Part shown: positions 1 through 10,550 of the stretch, one piece after another
How positions within the stretch are numbered: the first letter of the stretch is position 1
How the letters are laid out: every line of letters starts with the position of its first letter
DNA from: Candidatus Doudnabacteria bacterium
GTDB lineage: Bacteria; Patescibacteriota; Dojkabacteria; J137; JAEUSD01
Length of the DNA stretch: 64,000 nt
Assembly: GCA_016788825.1 (NCBI GenBank)
Contig: JAEUSD010000001.1
Span: 19,391 to 83,390, forward strand
Direction of reading: 5' to 3'
The notes under the pieces: model-generated
Told to the model about the DNA's origin: nothing
The model's input: only the letters and a program-made list of their open reading frames with translations
Database searches by the model: none
Position numbers and translations under genes: made by a program

Positions 1-2779
1 TAGCCTCGATCTGTTTTGCTAACTCAATTGAAACTTGTTCCCCTTTCTTTGCCAATACTTCTCCGGTCGCAGGGTTTACAAGATCTTCAGCCAAGAATCT
101 TCCAGTAACTCTGCCACTAAATGGCTGATTCCTCTTGTCTGTCTTGGCTAGATAGATACCCTCTTCTGTGTGACAATCCTCTTCTTTGATCACCACATCC
201 TGAGCGACATCAACCAACCTTCTGGTCAGATAACCTGAGTCTGCAGTACGTAGAGCTACGTCTGCGAAGGACTTTCTAGTACCACGAGCTGCAACAAAGT
301 ATTCAAAGTTATTCAAACCACTCTTGTAATTATTCATCAATGGCAGGTCTACAACATTACCCTGTGGGTCCGTTACTGTACCACGTACACCAGAAATGTT
401 TTTTACCCAAGAGGACACAGGTGTAGCACCAGAGTCATTCAAGTGGGTCAAGTTGCTAGACTTTTTACGAGCCAGATTCCATGTCTCATCAGCAATCTGC
501 TCATATATGGCCACCCACAGATCTCTCTGAAGTCTCTGTAATTCCTCTCGTGTAATCAATCCCTCTTCAAAGTCATTCATTAGAGCTTGTTCGCGTTGTG
601 CAAACTCAGCAAGCTTCTCATTTACCATTGGATCAGCTCCAAATTCGAATTCTTCCATAGAGACTGAGAAACCAGATTGCCTAGCAAACTTGAATCCTAG
701 ATCCTTCATGCTATCCAATACTGTAATAGCCTCATCTCGACCGTAGCGGTTGAAGATATCTGCGGTTATGCTCTGTACATCTTTACGTGCCAATGTTTTG
801 TTTACAAATCCGTAACCTGCTGGCAGTATTGAGTTGAAGATGATTCTACCCACAGTTGTGGTAACCATGTCTCCATTTAGCAAGAATTTAACTGGCTCGT
901 ACAGAGAAACATGTCCTAATGCGTATTTGCTATTTGCCTCATCTACACTCGCGAACGCGTGCTTTGGATCTTCAGTTTCTCCCTGCATCAATGTCAGGAA
1001 GTAGATTCCCATCGCCATATCTTTTTCCATGTTCATGATCGGCTGACCATTTGCCATAGACAACATGTTGCTTGGTGCCATCATTCTCTCTTTCACTTCT
1101 TCTACTGCTTGCTTGGAAAGAGGTAGGTGCACAGCCATCTGGTCTCCATCGAAGTCAGCGTTGAATCCACGACACATAAGTGGGTGTAGTTGGATTGAGT
1201 TTCCTTCGATCAAGATTGGGTAGAAGGCTACGATACCTTGCTTGTGCAAAGTCGGAGCACGGTTTAACAATACTGGGCGGTTGCGGCTTACTTCTTCCAA
1301 TATATCCCAGACAACTGGAATCTTCTCTTCGTAAATCATACGGGCTCGAGCAGGGTTTGTAGCATAACCTCTCGCCACTAGCTCACGGACGATAAATGGC
1401 TTGAACAGCTCCAATGCGATATTTTTTGGCAATCCACATTGGTAGTGTTTAAGTTCTGGTCCTGGAACAATAACAGCACGACCAGAATAGTCTACACGCT
1501 TACCCAACAAGTTCTGACGGAATCTACCTTGTTTACCACGTAGCATGTCAGATAGAGACTTGTATGGCAAACCACGAGAGTTGGATGTTGGGGCACCGGG
1601 ACGGTGACTGTTATCCAACAATGCATCCACAGCTTCTTGTAACATTCTGCGCTCGTTTCGCAAGATAATCTGAGGTGCCCCCAGATCCATCAAACGACGT
1701 AGGCGGTTATTGCGGTTAATCACACGACGATAAAGATCGTTTAGATCTGAAGTTGCGAATCGGCCTCCAGGTAACTGAATGATTGGGCGCAAATCCGGAG
1801 GTAATACCGGTAGTACATCTAGTACAACCCACTCTGGATTTACATTAGCCTGCTTCATCCCGTTAACTATCTTTTTGCGCTGGATAGCACGAGCTTTCTT
1901 CAATTCAGATTTTGTATTTGCAATAGTATCATCGAGTTCAGCAATCAACTTGTCTAAGTCGAGTGCTTGTAATAATGTGCGAACAGCTGGAGCACCCATG
2001 TCAGCTTGGTAGAAGTCAAAGCCTAGGCTCATGATATCGTTCTGTTCCTCCTCTGAAAGGGTGAAGCCAACTTCAATTTGTTCTACCAAAGAAGCCAAGG
2101 TCTTAAATTTTTCTTCCAAGTTCTCCAACTTTTGATTGTAAGCCGACTTGATGTGCGCCTGTTTCTTGCGCTCATCTCCGCGCATACGCTCAAGATGTAC
2201 ACCTAGTTTCTGCTCATCTTTTTCTTGTTTGCGTGCATCAGCTGTCTTCTCTTCTGATTCTTTCGTTATCTCAGCTAGCTTCGATTCTAGCTCAGCTTGT
2301 AATTCAGCAACCTGTTGGTCTTTGATCTCGGAGATCTTGGCAATCGCTTCTGCTTTGCCGTTATCTTCGACAGAGGTTACAACGTAACGCGCGTAGTAGA
2401 TCACAGTTTCCAATTTCTTTTGTGGAATATCCAAGATCAGGGCCAATTTGTTGGGCACACCGTGAGAAAACCACACGTGAGTCACTGGAGACACAAGGCG
2501 GATATGCCCCATGCGTTCGCGACGTACGCGTTTGTGAGTTACTTCTACCCCACAACGGTCACAGACAATACCCTTGTAACGAACCTTTTTGTACTTACCA
2601 CAGAAACACTCAAAGTCTCTGGAAGGTCCAAAGATCTTTTCATCCATCAAACCATCCACCTCCGGTCGGAAAGTACGATAGTTGATAGTTTCAGCCTTGG
2701 TTACTTCTCCGTGAGACCATGACATCATGTCCTCTGGTGAAGCCAACACTATTCTGATTGCATCGAAGTCGCGAATCAT
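1..2779 (-). CDS. rpoC: DNA-directed RNA polymerase subunit beta' (N-terminal ~925 aa; the 3' end runs off the window edge)
   Basis: The reverse-strand reading frame is open from the ATG at 2777-2779 to position 1. Translation begins MIRDFDAIRIVLASPEDMMSWSHGEVTKAETINYRTFRPE. It contains the zinc-finger CGKYKKVRYKGIVCDRCGVEV and the catalytic NADFDGDQMAVH motif. It lies 30 bp downstream of rpoB. It is absent from the ORF track only because it has no stop inside the window. Confidence 0.93.
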   Translation of the reverse strand, partial: MIRDFDAIRIVLASPEDMMSWSHGEVTKAETINYRTFRPEVDGLMDEKIFGPSRDFECFCGKYKKVRYKGIVCDRCGVEVTHKRVRRERMGHIRLVSPVTHVWFSHGVPNKLALILDIPQKKLETVIYYARYVVTSVEDNGKAEAIAKISEIKDQQVAELQAELESKLAEITKESEEKTADARKQEKDEQKLGVHLERMRGDERKKQAHIKSAYNQKLENLEEKFKTLASLVEQIEVGFTLSEEEQNDIMSLGFDFYQADMGAPAVRTLLQALDLDKLIAELDDTIANTKSELKKARAIQRKKIVNGMKQANVNPEWVVLDVLPVLPPDLRPIIQLPGGRFATSDLNDLYRRVINRNNRLRRLMDLGAPQIILRNERRMLQEAVDALLDNSHRPGAPTSNSRGLPYKSLSDMLRGKQGRFRQNLLGKRVDYSGRAVIVPGPELKHYQCGLPKNIALELFKPFIVRELVARGYATNPARARMIYEEKIPVVWDILEEVSRNRPVLLNRAPTLHKQGIVAFYPILIEGNSIQLHPLMCRGFNADFDGDQMAVHLPLSKQAVEEVKERMMAPSNMLSMANGQPIMNMEKDMAMGIYFLTLMQGETEDPKHAFASVDEANSKYALGHVSLYEPVKFLLNGDMVTTTVGRIIFNSILPAGYGFVNKTLARKDVQSITADIFNRYGRDEAITVLDSMKDLGFKFARQSGFSVSMEEFEFGADPMVNEKLAEFAQREQALMNDFEEGLITREELQRLQRDLWVAIYEQIADETWNLARKKSSNLTHLNDSGATPVSSWVKNISGVRGTVTDPQGNVVDLPLMNNYKSGLNNFEYFVAARGTRKSFADVALRTADSGYLTRRLVDVAQDVVIKEEDCHTEEGIYLAKTDKRNQPFSGRVTGRFLAEDLVNPATGEVLAKKGEQVSIELAKQIEA

Positions 2780-2809
2780 AGTTGTTTATTAATAATATTA
2801 GTTAATAAA

Positions 2810-5800
2810 TTAAACCGCTGCCTCGTCAGTCCCCTCGTTCACTTCAAATCCACCCTCTGGACTTTCAAGTTCGGCTACTACTTGGGCTTGGTCTGCTGCA
2901 GGAGTATTTTCACCAATACTATCTACAATCTCATCCAAGCTTGCATTTTCAATAAATGGATCCACCACCGCTCCGATCTTTTCCAACTTCACACATAGAG
3001 CAGCCAATTCTCGATCAAATACATTGAATGACTCTGGTACAGATGGGACTGTTACATCCTGCCCTGTGATGATTGATTTGTATGCTGCGGAACGTCCTAC
3101 CAAATCGTCTGACTTGATAGTCAACATCTCGTGCAATACATAAGGTACTCCATGTGCTTCTAGTGCCCATACTTCCATTTCTCCGAACCTCTGTCCTCCA
3201 CGTTGAGCCTTACCTCCAAGAGGTTGCTGAGTAACCATGGTGTATGGTCCAGTTGAACGAGCATGTACCTTGTGGTCAGCCAAGTGCTCTAACTTGAAGA
3301 AGTACCTTGGTCCAACTGTAACCTTCTGGTCATATGGTTGTCCCGTGCGTCCATCAAATAGAGCAACTTTCTCTTCATAATCAACGCCGGCTTTCTTGGC
3401 CATATCCATCAATGGTGCAGTATCGTAGTCAGTAAATGGAGGGATTTCTACACGAACTCCCAATTTTGCTGCTAGTGCACCGATATGCGCCTCCATCAGC
3501 TGTCCCACATTCATACGACGAACCATAGATCCTGGTCCGACAATGATATCTACTGGCTCACCGTCTGCTGTATAAGGCATATCTTCTTGTGGAAGAATTT
3601 TGGTGATAACACCTTTATCTCCGTGATACCCTGTCAACTTGTCTCCTACAGAGATCTTGTGAGTCTTTGCAACCCAGACTTTCACTTGTTTGATCACACC
3701 AGGGTTAAGTTTTGCACCAGTGTTTTTGTCTAATATTTGTACACTTACCACTACTCCACGGTCTCCGTGAGGAAGGCGAAGTGAGTTGTCACGCACATCT
3801 CGAGCATAGTCTCCAAAGATCGCTCGTAGCAATTTTTCTTCAGCGCTCAGCTCTGTTTCCCCTTTAGGAGCAATAATTCCTACCAAGATATCGTTTGGCT
3901 CAACATGAGCTCCTACACGTACTACTCCACCCTCGTCCAAGTTTCTTAGAGCATGTTCACCAACATTTGGAATATCTCGAGTAATCTGTTCATCACCCAA
4001 TTTTGTCTCACGAATTTCTTGAGTGTACTCGTAGATATGAACTGAAGTTAGGACATCTTCTTTGAGTAACCTCTCTGAGATCACAATTCCGTCTTCATAG
4101 TTGTACCCATCGTACACAATGTAAGCAGTACGTAGGTTAGCTCCAAGAGCGATCTCTCCGTTTGCTGTACATGGGGCATTGATGATTACCTGTCCCTCTT
4201 CGATCTTATCTCCACGCTTTACAGCTGGGGTTTGGGAGAAAGAGGTAGATTGGTTTGTGCGGCTAAAGGTTTCTATCTCATACTCTTTCTTATACTTCTT
4301 ACCTTTAGCCGGTGTGTATTCAACAATTACTTTGTCCGCATCTGCGTAGGACACAACCCCCTCAGCCTCAGCGTAGACATTACGGCCTGTCGCCTTTGCT
4401 GCAACCTTCTCAAAACCTGTCCCTACAATTGGTGGATCTTGTCTCAACAAAGGCACAGCCTGAGTTTGAGTCTTAGATCCGATTAGGGTGCGGTTTGGGT
4501 CATCCATGGAGGCGAATGGGATCAATGACAACCCCAAACCGCCAATCTGTGCAGGGCTGACATCTACCAAGTCTACCTCTGAAACCTCTACTTTGAGGTA
4601 GGTACGGCCATCACGCACATAAGTCTTATCTTCTAACATGTTTCCCTTTGCATCTGTGTGAACACTTCCGCTAGCGATCTTGTACCTCAGCTCTGTCTCG
4701 GCATCCAAGTAAACAACCTCGTCTGTTACAAAAGGCACGATCTTGATCTCGGTCAAGCCTGCTTTATCTGCAGCCTTCACAAGACTATCACTCAGTTCAT
4801 CGCCCTTTTTTGCAATCACTTTTCCTTTATCATCATGTAGATCACTCCAGATTGCACGGCCTTTGAAGTCTGCCAATTTGTCTTGTCCAATCTTAAACTT
4901 GTTCACAACTTTCATGTACGGAGCTTCCAAGAAACCGAAGTCATTCAAACGAGAGAATACAGACATGTGCATTACAACCCCGATAGATGGACCTTCTGGT
5001 GTATTTACTGGACAAATCTTAGAGTAGTGAGAGTTATGTACATCACGAACAGAGAACGTTGCACGCTCTTTGGTCAAACCACGTGGTCCACCTGCAGTGA
5101 TACGTCTCTTCGTCTCAATCTCGCTCAACACATTCTGTTGATCCATAAACCTAGATAGCGCGCTTCCACCAAAGAACTGGTTGATTGCGGCGATTACTGG
5201 CCTGGTGTTGATGAGCATCGAAGGAGTAATGTTGTCGTCAGTAGAGTAAAGACTCATTCTGTCTTTTATATTCTTCTCCATTCGAAGTACTCCAACACGG
5301 ATCTTGTCGGCGATAAGCTCACCAACTCCGCGGATGCGACGGTTGATCAAACTATCAATATCGTCCACTGGGCGACGACCGTTATTCACTTCGATCAAGG
5401 CTCTTACAATTTGAACAATGTCTTCTCTATTTAATAGATAGTCGGCCGGAGTGATATCTTTATCAATGTTTAGTTTTTTGTTTAGCTTGTAACGTCCGAC
5501 TTTACCCAAGAAGAAACGGCGCTTATTGAAGAATAATCCTTCGATAAACTCACGTGCATTCTCGATAGTTACAGAGTCCTCTGGACGAAGCTTGCGGTAG
5601 ATTTCAATAAGCGCCTCATCTGTATTATGGCTAGGATCTTTCTTCAAAGTAGCATCCACGAAGCTAACTTCGCCATTATCCACATCTTCCAAAACCTTGC
5701 GGATCTGATCATTGGATGAATATCCTAACGCACGCAACAATGTAGTCAACAAAATCTTAGGGTGCTTCTCCAACAACTTCACACTCATTACTCCGTATTT

Positions 5801-6307
5801 GTTTACCTCAAAATCAAACCACTTTCCTCGCAGAGGCATCAACTTAACTGTGTATAGTCTCTTCTTTGGTTTGGAAGCTTTGGATTCTACAAACAACAAT
5901 CCTTCAGAACGAAGGATCTGCAAAACAACCACACGCTCATTGCCAGATACCATAAAACTACCACGCTCTCCCATAAGTGGCATGTCTGCCAAGAAGATCT
6001 TCTGTTTCTTGATCTCCCCTGTACGCTTGTTGATCAACTTCACGTGCATGTGTACAGGAGCATCGTATGACAACCCCAACTTCTGAGCCTCACGGAAACT
6101 ATGCTTAGGATCATCCCAGCTAAAGTCTTCGAATATCAACTCCCAACTTGAGTTGGTGTAGTCGGTGATTGGGTTAACTTCATCAAACAACTCGTAGAAA
6201 CCTGTATCCTTAAAATCCGCAAAAGAGTCCAGTTGTGCGTCAAGAAGATTGATATCTAAATTCTTAATGGGACGCTTGGCGAGGCTGATTCTGTTGATTG
6301 CAGTCAT
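2810..6307 (-). CDS. rpoB: DNA-directed RNA polymerase subunit beta
   Basis: 1165 aa ORF. N-terminus MTAINRISLAKRPIKNLDIN. Conserved RpoB blocks are present (GRYKLNKKL, rifampicin-region SQFMDQQNVLSEIETKRRITAGGPRGL-like, C-terminal catalytic region). It is immediately followed by rpoC. Confidence 0.96.
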   Translation of the reverse strand: MTAINRISLAKRPIKNLDINLLDAQLDSFADFKDTGFYELFDEVNPITDYTNSSWELIFEDFSWDDPKHSFREAQKLGLSYDAPVHMHVKLINKRTGEIKKQKIFLADMPLMGERGSFMVSGNERVVVLQILRSEGLLFVESKASKPKKRLYTVKLMPLRGKWFDFEVNKYGVMSVKLLEKHPKILLTTLLRALGYSSNDQIRKVLEDVDNGEVSFVDATLKKDPSHNTDEALIEIYRKLRPEDSVTIENAREFIEGLFFNKRRFFLGKVGRYKLNKKLNIDKDITPADYLLNREDIVQIVRALIEVNNGRRPVDDIDSLINRRIRGVGELIADKIRVGVLRMEKNIKDRMSLYSTDDNITPSMLINTRPVIAAINQFFGGSALSRFMDQQNVLSEIETKRRITAGGPRGLTKERATFSVRDVHNSHYSKICPVNTPEGPSIGVVMHMSVFSRLNDFGFLEAPYMKVVNKFKIGQDKLADFKGRAIWSDLHDDKGKVIAKKGDELSDSLVKAADKAGLTEIKIVPFVTDEVVYLDAETELRYKIASGSVHTDAKGNMLEDKTYVRDGRTYLKVEVSEVDLVDVSPAQIGGLGLSLIPFASMDDPNRTLIGSKTQTQAVPLLRQDPPIVGTGFEKVAAKATGRNVYAEAEGVVSYADADKVIVEYTPAKGKKYKKEYEIETFSRTNQSTSFSQTPAVKRGDKIEEGQVIINAPCTANGEIALGANLRTAYIVYDGYNYEDGIVISERLLKEDVLTSVHIYEYTQEIRETKLGDEQITRDIPNVGEHALRNLDEGGVVRVGAHVEPNDILVGIIAPKGETELSAEEKLLRAIFGDYARDVRDNSLRLPHGDRGVVVSVQILDKNTGAKLNPGVIKQVKVWVAKTHKISVGDKLTGYHGDKGVITKILPQEDMPYTADGEPVDIIVGPGSMVRRMNVGQLMEAHIGALAAKLGVRVEIPPFTDYDTAPLMDMAKKAGVDYEEKVALFDGRTGQPYDQKVTVGPRYFFKLEHLADHKVHARSTGPYTMVTQQPLGGKAQRGGQRFGEMEVWALEAHGVPYVLHEMLTIKSDDLVGRSAAYKSIITGQDVTVPSVPESFNVFDRELAALCVKLEKIGAVVDPFIENASLDEIVDSIGENTPAADQAQVVAELESPEGGFEVNEGTDEAAV

Positions 6308-6559
6308 ATTATTAAATATGGTTAATATTATTTAGTTCTCACTTCAGTCAGCAAAAAAAGCACATACTACTGAGCCGAGTATGCGCTTGGTGATTCCAAG
6401 ATTAGTTTTTTATGTTCAAAATCATGGTTTAGTATTAGAGACTGCGTGAGCGGTGTGGATTTATAGCATAAATTAGCTAAAACGGGAAGCCCTCGGAGAG
6501 CAATTTAATAGTTTATATTTATAACATTATGATACAATCGGCGGTAAAGATCAATATAT

Positions 6560-8128
6560 ATGAGTAAAAAGTCGACCACACAAGTTAGAACACCAATAGT
6601 TGCCGTGATGGGTCATGTTGACCACGGTAAGACTAGTCTCTTGGATGCAATCCGGGGGACAAACGTTCAGGCAAAAGAAAAAGGGGGAATCACTCAAAAC
6701 ACGCGCGCGCATCAGATTGTGAGCGAAAGTGGACAGAAGATCACCTTTATCGATACACCTGGGCACGAAGCGTTTGGCGCTATGCGCGCGCGAGGAGCAG
6801 CTGTGACAGACTTTGTACTTCTTGTAGTTGCAGCAGATGATGGTATTCAACCTCAAACAAAACAATCGATCGAGTTTGCAAAGTCTTCCAAGACACCGAT
6901 TATTGTAGCTATCAACAAGGTAGATATCCCAGGAGTTAAGGTAGAGAAAGTGAAGCAGCAACTTTCTAGCTTTGGGGTGCAGGTTGAGGAATACGGTGGA
7001 GACAGTATGTGTTTTGAGGTATCAGCAACCAAAGGGACAGGTTTGAAAGAGTTGATCGAGGGCATTGAACTACTTGCTCAAGTTTCAGAGCTTAAACCAC
7101 ATCAACCGGAAATGGGGAGCTTAGCCGAGGCGTTTGTACTCGAGTCTTCGCAAGACAAAAAGGTTGGCGCGGTTGCTTTGTGTATTTGCAAAGCTGGAGA
7201 ACTCACCAACCGCGCCATTGCTACCTCAAAGTCTAGCGAACCTTTTAAGGTTCGCAGCTACTTAGACCAAGAGCAGACCAACGTTGAATCTGTGTTTGAA
7301 TCGGACCCTTTCTGGGTTACCGGCTTGAAAAAACCTATGCAATCAGGGGATAGAATATATTTCTTCTCTGATGAAAAGCAGGCACAAAAAGTTTACTCGG
7401 AGATCAAGTCGCAGCCAGATAAAGCGTCTGAGGCCGACCAGCTCGATACTACAAGTAAACTGGTGGCCTTACTTTTGCAAAAGAAAAGTAAGGAAGAGGG
7501 ACTCGAAAAGAATAAGCTAAATATTATTGTGAAGGCTTCCACCTTTGGTACTCTCGAAGCTATAAGGAACGAGCTTCAGAAACTAGGTACCGAAGAAAGT
7601 GAGATCAATATTCTTTCGGCAGACACAGGGGATGTAACTGAGAGTGATATTAGGCGTGCAAAGTTGGCGAATGGAATCGTAGTTAGCTTTCAGCTTCCTA
7701 TCAGTACAAATATCGAGAAGCTTGCCAAACAAGAAAAGATTTTGGTCAAAAACTATGAAATTATCTACGAGATCACTGACGAACTAGGAGCTGTATTAAA
7801 CTCCCTTGGAGAACCAGCCGAAGAAGAGGTCGAAGTTGCTCGCGCCCGCGTGAAGCAAGTTTTCAAACTTTCTGATGGGACACTTGTCGCGGGCGCCGAA
7901 GTCATCAAAGGAACCCTACTCAAAGGTTACAGGGTCTATGTGGAGCGGCCGAGCGAGAGTACATCAGATACGATCGCTGAGCTCGGCCGCGGCAAGATCA
8001 CCAACCTCCGCATCAACAAAAACGAAGTGAAAGAAGTCAAAAAAGGCCAAGACTGCGGAATCATGATCGATCCACAAGTTGAAACCATCGCCGAAGGCGA
8101 CGAAGTCGTCGCGTATAAAGTTGAATAA
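6560..8128 (+). CDS. infB: translation initiation factor IF-2, short form lacking the N-terminal domain
   Basis: 522 aa. The G-domain motifs are [15 protein letters not shown] (G1), DTPGHEAF (G3) and NKVDIP (G4), followed by IF-2-type domain II and C-terminal domains. It is divergent from rpoB. Confidence 0.85.
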   Translation: MSKKSTTQVRTPIVAVMGHVDHGKTSLLDAIRGTNVQAKEKGGITQNTRAHQIVSESGQKITFIDTPGHEAFGAMRARGAAVTDFVLLVVAADDGIQPQTKQSIEFAKSSKTPIIVAINKVDIPGVKVEKVKQQLSSFGVQVEEYGGDSMCFEVSATKGTGLKELIEGIELLAQVSELKPHQPEMGSLAEAFVLESSQDKKVGAVALCICKAGELTNRAIATSKSSEPFKVRSYLDQEQTNVESVFESDPFWVTGLKKPMQSGDRIYFFSDEKQAQKVYSEIKSQPDKASEADQLDTTSKLVALLLQKKSKEEGLEKNKLNIIVKASTFGTLEAIRNELQKLGTEESEINILSADTGDVTESDIRRAKLANGIVVSFQLPISTNIEKLAKQEKILVKNYEIIYEITDELGAVLNSLGEPAEEEVEVARARVKQVFKLSDGTLVAGAEVIKGTLLKGYRVYVERPSESTSDTIAELGRGKITNLRINKNEVKEVKKGQDCGIMIDPQVETIAEGDEVVAYKVE

Positions 8129-8144
8129 TTTTTATAAAAAACTC

Positions 8145-8570
8145 ATGCTTAAACAATTCGGAGTCCCACAGCCGTTCAAACTAAGTACAGACTACAGCTT
8201 CCCTGAGGATCTCGACTACTCTGGTATCCTATATGAAAAAATGATCCACGAAACAGGCCTCGCTTCAAACCCAACCATACTTAGTGGCAAATTCTCCACG
8301 ATATTTGATGATGAAAGTATTAAGAGGATCTTAGAAGAGCTTGGAACTGAAGGTAAGGCCATAATAACAGAGCTAGTATTTTTAAGGCATGACCTCATTA
8401 CCGCTGGCAGAGCAACAGGAATTAATCCAGTATTTATACAAGAATATTATTTAGCTTTTTGGAAGTTTTTTAGGGAGGCTGTAGCTGGAAATAAAAAACC
8501 TGAACAAATAATTGATGCTATTAAGGAGCTTAATAAAGCTCACGAAGAAGGTGAAGTAGCATCAATATAA
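8145..8570 (+). CDS. hypothetical protein
   Basis: The ORF at 8079..8570 overlaps the infB 3' end. The internal ATG at 8145 (MLKQFGVPQPF...) lies just after the infB stop and is the more plausible start. The region is AT-rich and I see no recognisable domain. Confidence 0.45.
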   Translation: MLKQFGVPQPFKLSTDYSFPEDLDYSGILYEKMIHETGLASNPTILSGKFSTIFDDESIKRILEELGTEGKAIITELVFLRHDLITAGRATGINPVFIQEYYLAFWKFFREAVAGNKKPEQIIDAIKELNKAHEEGEVASI

Positions 8571-8615
8571 AACCTTCAGACTATTCACAAAGCAATAATC
8601 CCCCTATAATAAGTC

Positions 8616-10550
8616 ATGGAAGCTTTACCGCCGACAGTGACGGCACTGAAACAGATGGAGCAGCAGACGATATCGCCTGTAGCTCAGACACCTTCACCTG
8701 CTGCTCCTGTAGGGCCCTCTCTACCCTGGTATAAGAAACTATTTGGCAAATTTAAAGTGCAACCTATTTGGGTGAAGGCCATCGTGGTTGGGCTAACTCT
8801 TGTGTTTTGTTTGGGAAGCACGATGGCCGTGATGACCTTAACTGCTTTGGATACAAAGATCTTTCAGTTAACTTTGGATGGAGTCGTGCTTGATGAAAAA
8901 GGATCACCTGTCGCAAATGCCATAGTCGCACTTGATACTGCAATCGGACGCACCGACACTTCTGGAAAATTCTTTTTCGGTAACTTGGAGATTAAGAAAT
9001 ACAAGCTAGAGATCAGTGCCGAAGGCTACGAAGATTTCTCTCAAGAAATCGTGATCTCACGTTCATTCCTTAATTATGCGAATAACCGCACATTCACACT
9101 TAAAGAAGCCGGTGAGGCAAGTATCGCCGGAAGGTTGATTAGCCCAGACGCGGCGTATGACTTCGTGAACGATGTATTTGAAGTCGGCGACAAAGCATTC
9201 AATATTGGACTTGATGGTAAATTTGAGCTAACTAAGCTCGAGACTGGTAAGCAGAAGGTCGAATTCAAGTCGGCCGCGTTCAAAGATCTCACCTGGGATC
9301 TGGAACTCAAAGGCGGCCGAAACGATTTGGGGGATATCCAGCTAACCCCCACAGGGGACATTGTCGGTTCATTGGCCAGCTGGCTACGTGAAGATATTGT
9401 GGATAACATTGAAATTACAGTCGAAGGAGTACCAAAAGAGCAAATTATCTTGGACGCATCTGCAGGCGAGTTCATTGTAAAGGATCTAGAAGTCGCGCGT
9501 AAATACAAACTACGTACCCAGGCTGCTGGATACCTGACGCGCGACTATGAGATCGGCATCGATCAGGGACCAAACCAGATCTTCGAGTTTAGGATCGTCG
9601 AAGACCTCAAACTTCCACTTGTGCGTGAGATCGAGCGCAATGAACAGTTGGTCGCCTTAGAACTTGATGGCAAGAACCCGGTCACACTCACACAGGAACA
9701 AAGAGACCCACCTTTCGGCGCAGAACTTGTGCAAGACGTTGTTTATTACTTTTCTACAAGAGATAACATTCAAAACAATATCGGAGGGGATGGTTTCTCG
9801 GCCTATGTCACCAACCTTACCGGAGGTAACCCACAGAGATTAACCTCAAATGTCCAAAACTTAGGCCGGCAGGTACCAAACTTCGAGGCTCAAAAGATCG
9901 CAAACGTCCGCAAAGGCAGCACTGCCCAAGCACGTATTCTAGAAGTAATGGATTTGGCTGGTAACGGTCGTCAGACTATCAAGGATATCGCTCAAGGGCA
10001 GTTTGGAGATATTGTTATCAGCGATGATGGGAAAGTTATCTACTTCTATATCCAAAGTTCGGATACCCAAGTCGCTGGTGTATATCGTGCCAACATCGGG
10101 ACCAACCCGGTCCGACTTTTCAACAAACAAAATATCCAACTACTCTCTGTCGGACCTGATGGAAATCGCCTACTCTACTCTGCACGCAATGAGGCTACTG
10201 GACTATCCGATTTGTACACTTATACAAATTCAACCGGACAAGATACCACAGCCAAGAGTGCCATCACAGGTGGACAGTATCAATTTATTGAGGATAGCGA
10301 TACCCTGGCCATATTCGTGGACAATCGCCAAGGCGCATCAAATGTCTATCAATTAGACGTCAGCACAAATACCGAGACACTACTTACCAAGTTTACTGAC
10401 AACGTCGAAGGTGTAGAGGCCATCTGGCAGCAAGGCAAGTTGATAATCTACCAGTCAAACAAAGGTGTATACGCTTTGGACCCCAAAAAACCGAAACATG
10501 GGAAACTCATAACCACAGACTTCGAAAGGTATACCGGCTACGACTTCTGA
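8616..10550 (+). CDS. membrane-anchored surface protein with repeated carboxypeptidase-regulatory-like (beta-sandwich) domains and a C-terminal TolB-like beta-propeller
   Basis: 644 aa. One TM helix (WVKAIVVGLTLVFCLGSTMAVMTL). Three segments resemble CarboxypepD_reg folds (e.g. GVVLDEKGSPVANAIVALDTAIGRTDTSGKFFFGNLEIKKYKLEISAEGYED). The C-terminal half has repeated propeller-like blades (LLYSARNEATGLSDLYTY...). Domain calls are by eye only. Confidence 0.65.
   Translation: MEALPPTVTALKQMEQQTISPVAQTPSPAAPVGPSLPWYKKLFGKFKVQPIWVKAIVVGLTLVFCLGSTMAVMTLTALDTKIFQLTLDGVVLDEKGSPVANAIVALDTAIGRTDTSGKFFFGNLEIKKYKLEISAEGYEDFSQEIVISRSFLNYANNRTFTLKEAGEASIAGRLISPDAAYDFVNDVFEVGDKAFNIGLDGKFELTKLETGKQKVEFKSAAFKDLTWDLELKGGRNDLGDIQLTPTGDIVGSLASWLREDIVDNIEITVEGVPKEQIILDASAGEFIVKDLEVARKYKLRTQAAGYLTRDYEIGIDQGPNQIFEFRIVEDLKLPLVREIERNEQLVALELDGKNPVTLTQEQRDPPFGAELVQDVVYYFSTRDNIQNNIGGDGFSAYVTNLTGGNPQRLTSNVQNLGRQVPNFEAQKIANVRKGSTAQARILEVMDLAGNGRQTIKDIAQGQFGDIVISDDGKVIYFYIQSSDTQVAGVYRANIGTNPVRLFNKQNIQLLSVGPDGNRLLYSARNEATGLSDLYTYTNSTGQDTTAKSAITGGQYQFIEDSDTLAIFVDNRQGASNVYQLDVSTNTETLLTKFTDNVEGVEAIWQQGKLIIYQSNKGVYALDPKKPKHGKLITTDFERYTGYDF

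Noticed and set aside
2315-6086. Numerous 60-135 aa ORFs inside or antisense to rpoC/rpoB (e.g. 2315..2722, 3485..3733, 4743..5027, 5712..6086)
   Set aside because: They are entirely embedded in, and mostly antisense to, unambiguous RNA polymerase genes. They have no RBS context and their composition mirrors the sense strand. They are ORF-finder artefacts.
6551-6961. 136-aa ORF antisense to the infB 5' end
   Set aside because: It overlaps the conserved IF-2 G-domain on the opposite strand. A Cys-rich nonsense translation is typical of a shadow ORF.
9074-9508. 144-aa minus-strand ORF inside the 8616..10550 gene, and similar shadow ORFs (17015..17350, 46807..47262, 47640..47999)
   Set aside because: They are antisense to well-supported longer genes and have low-complexity Ser/Pro-rich translations. 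They are not independent genes.
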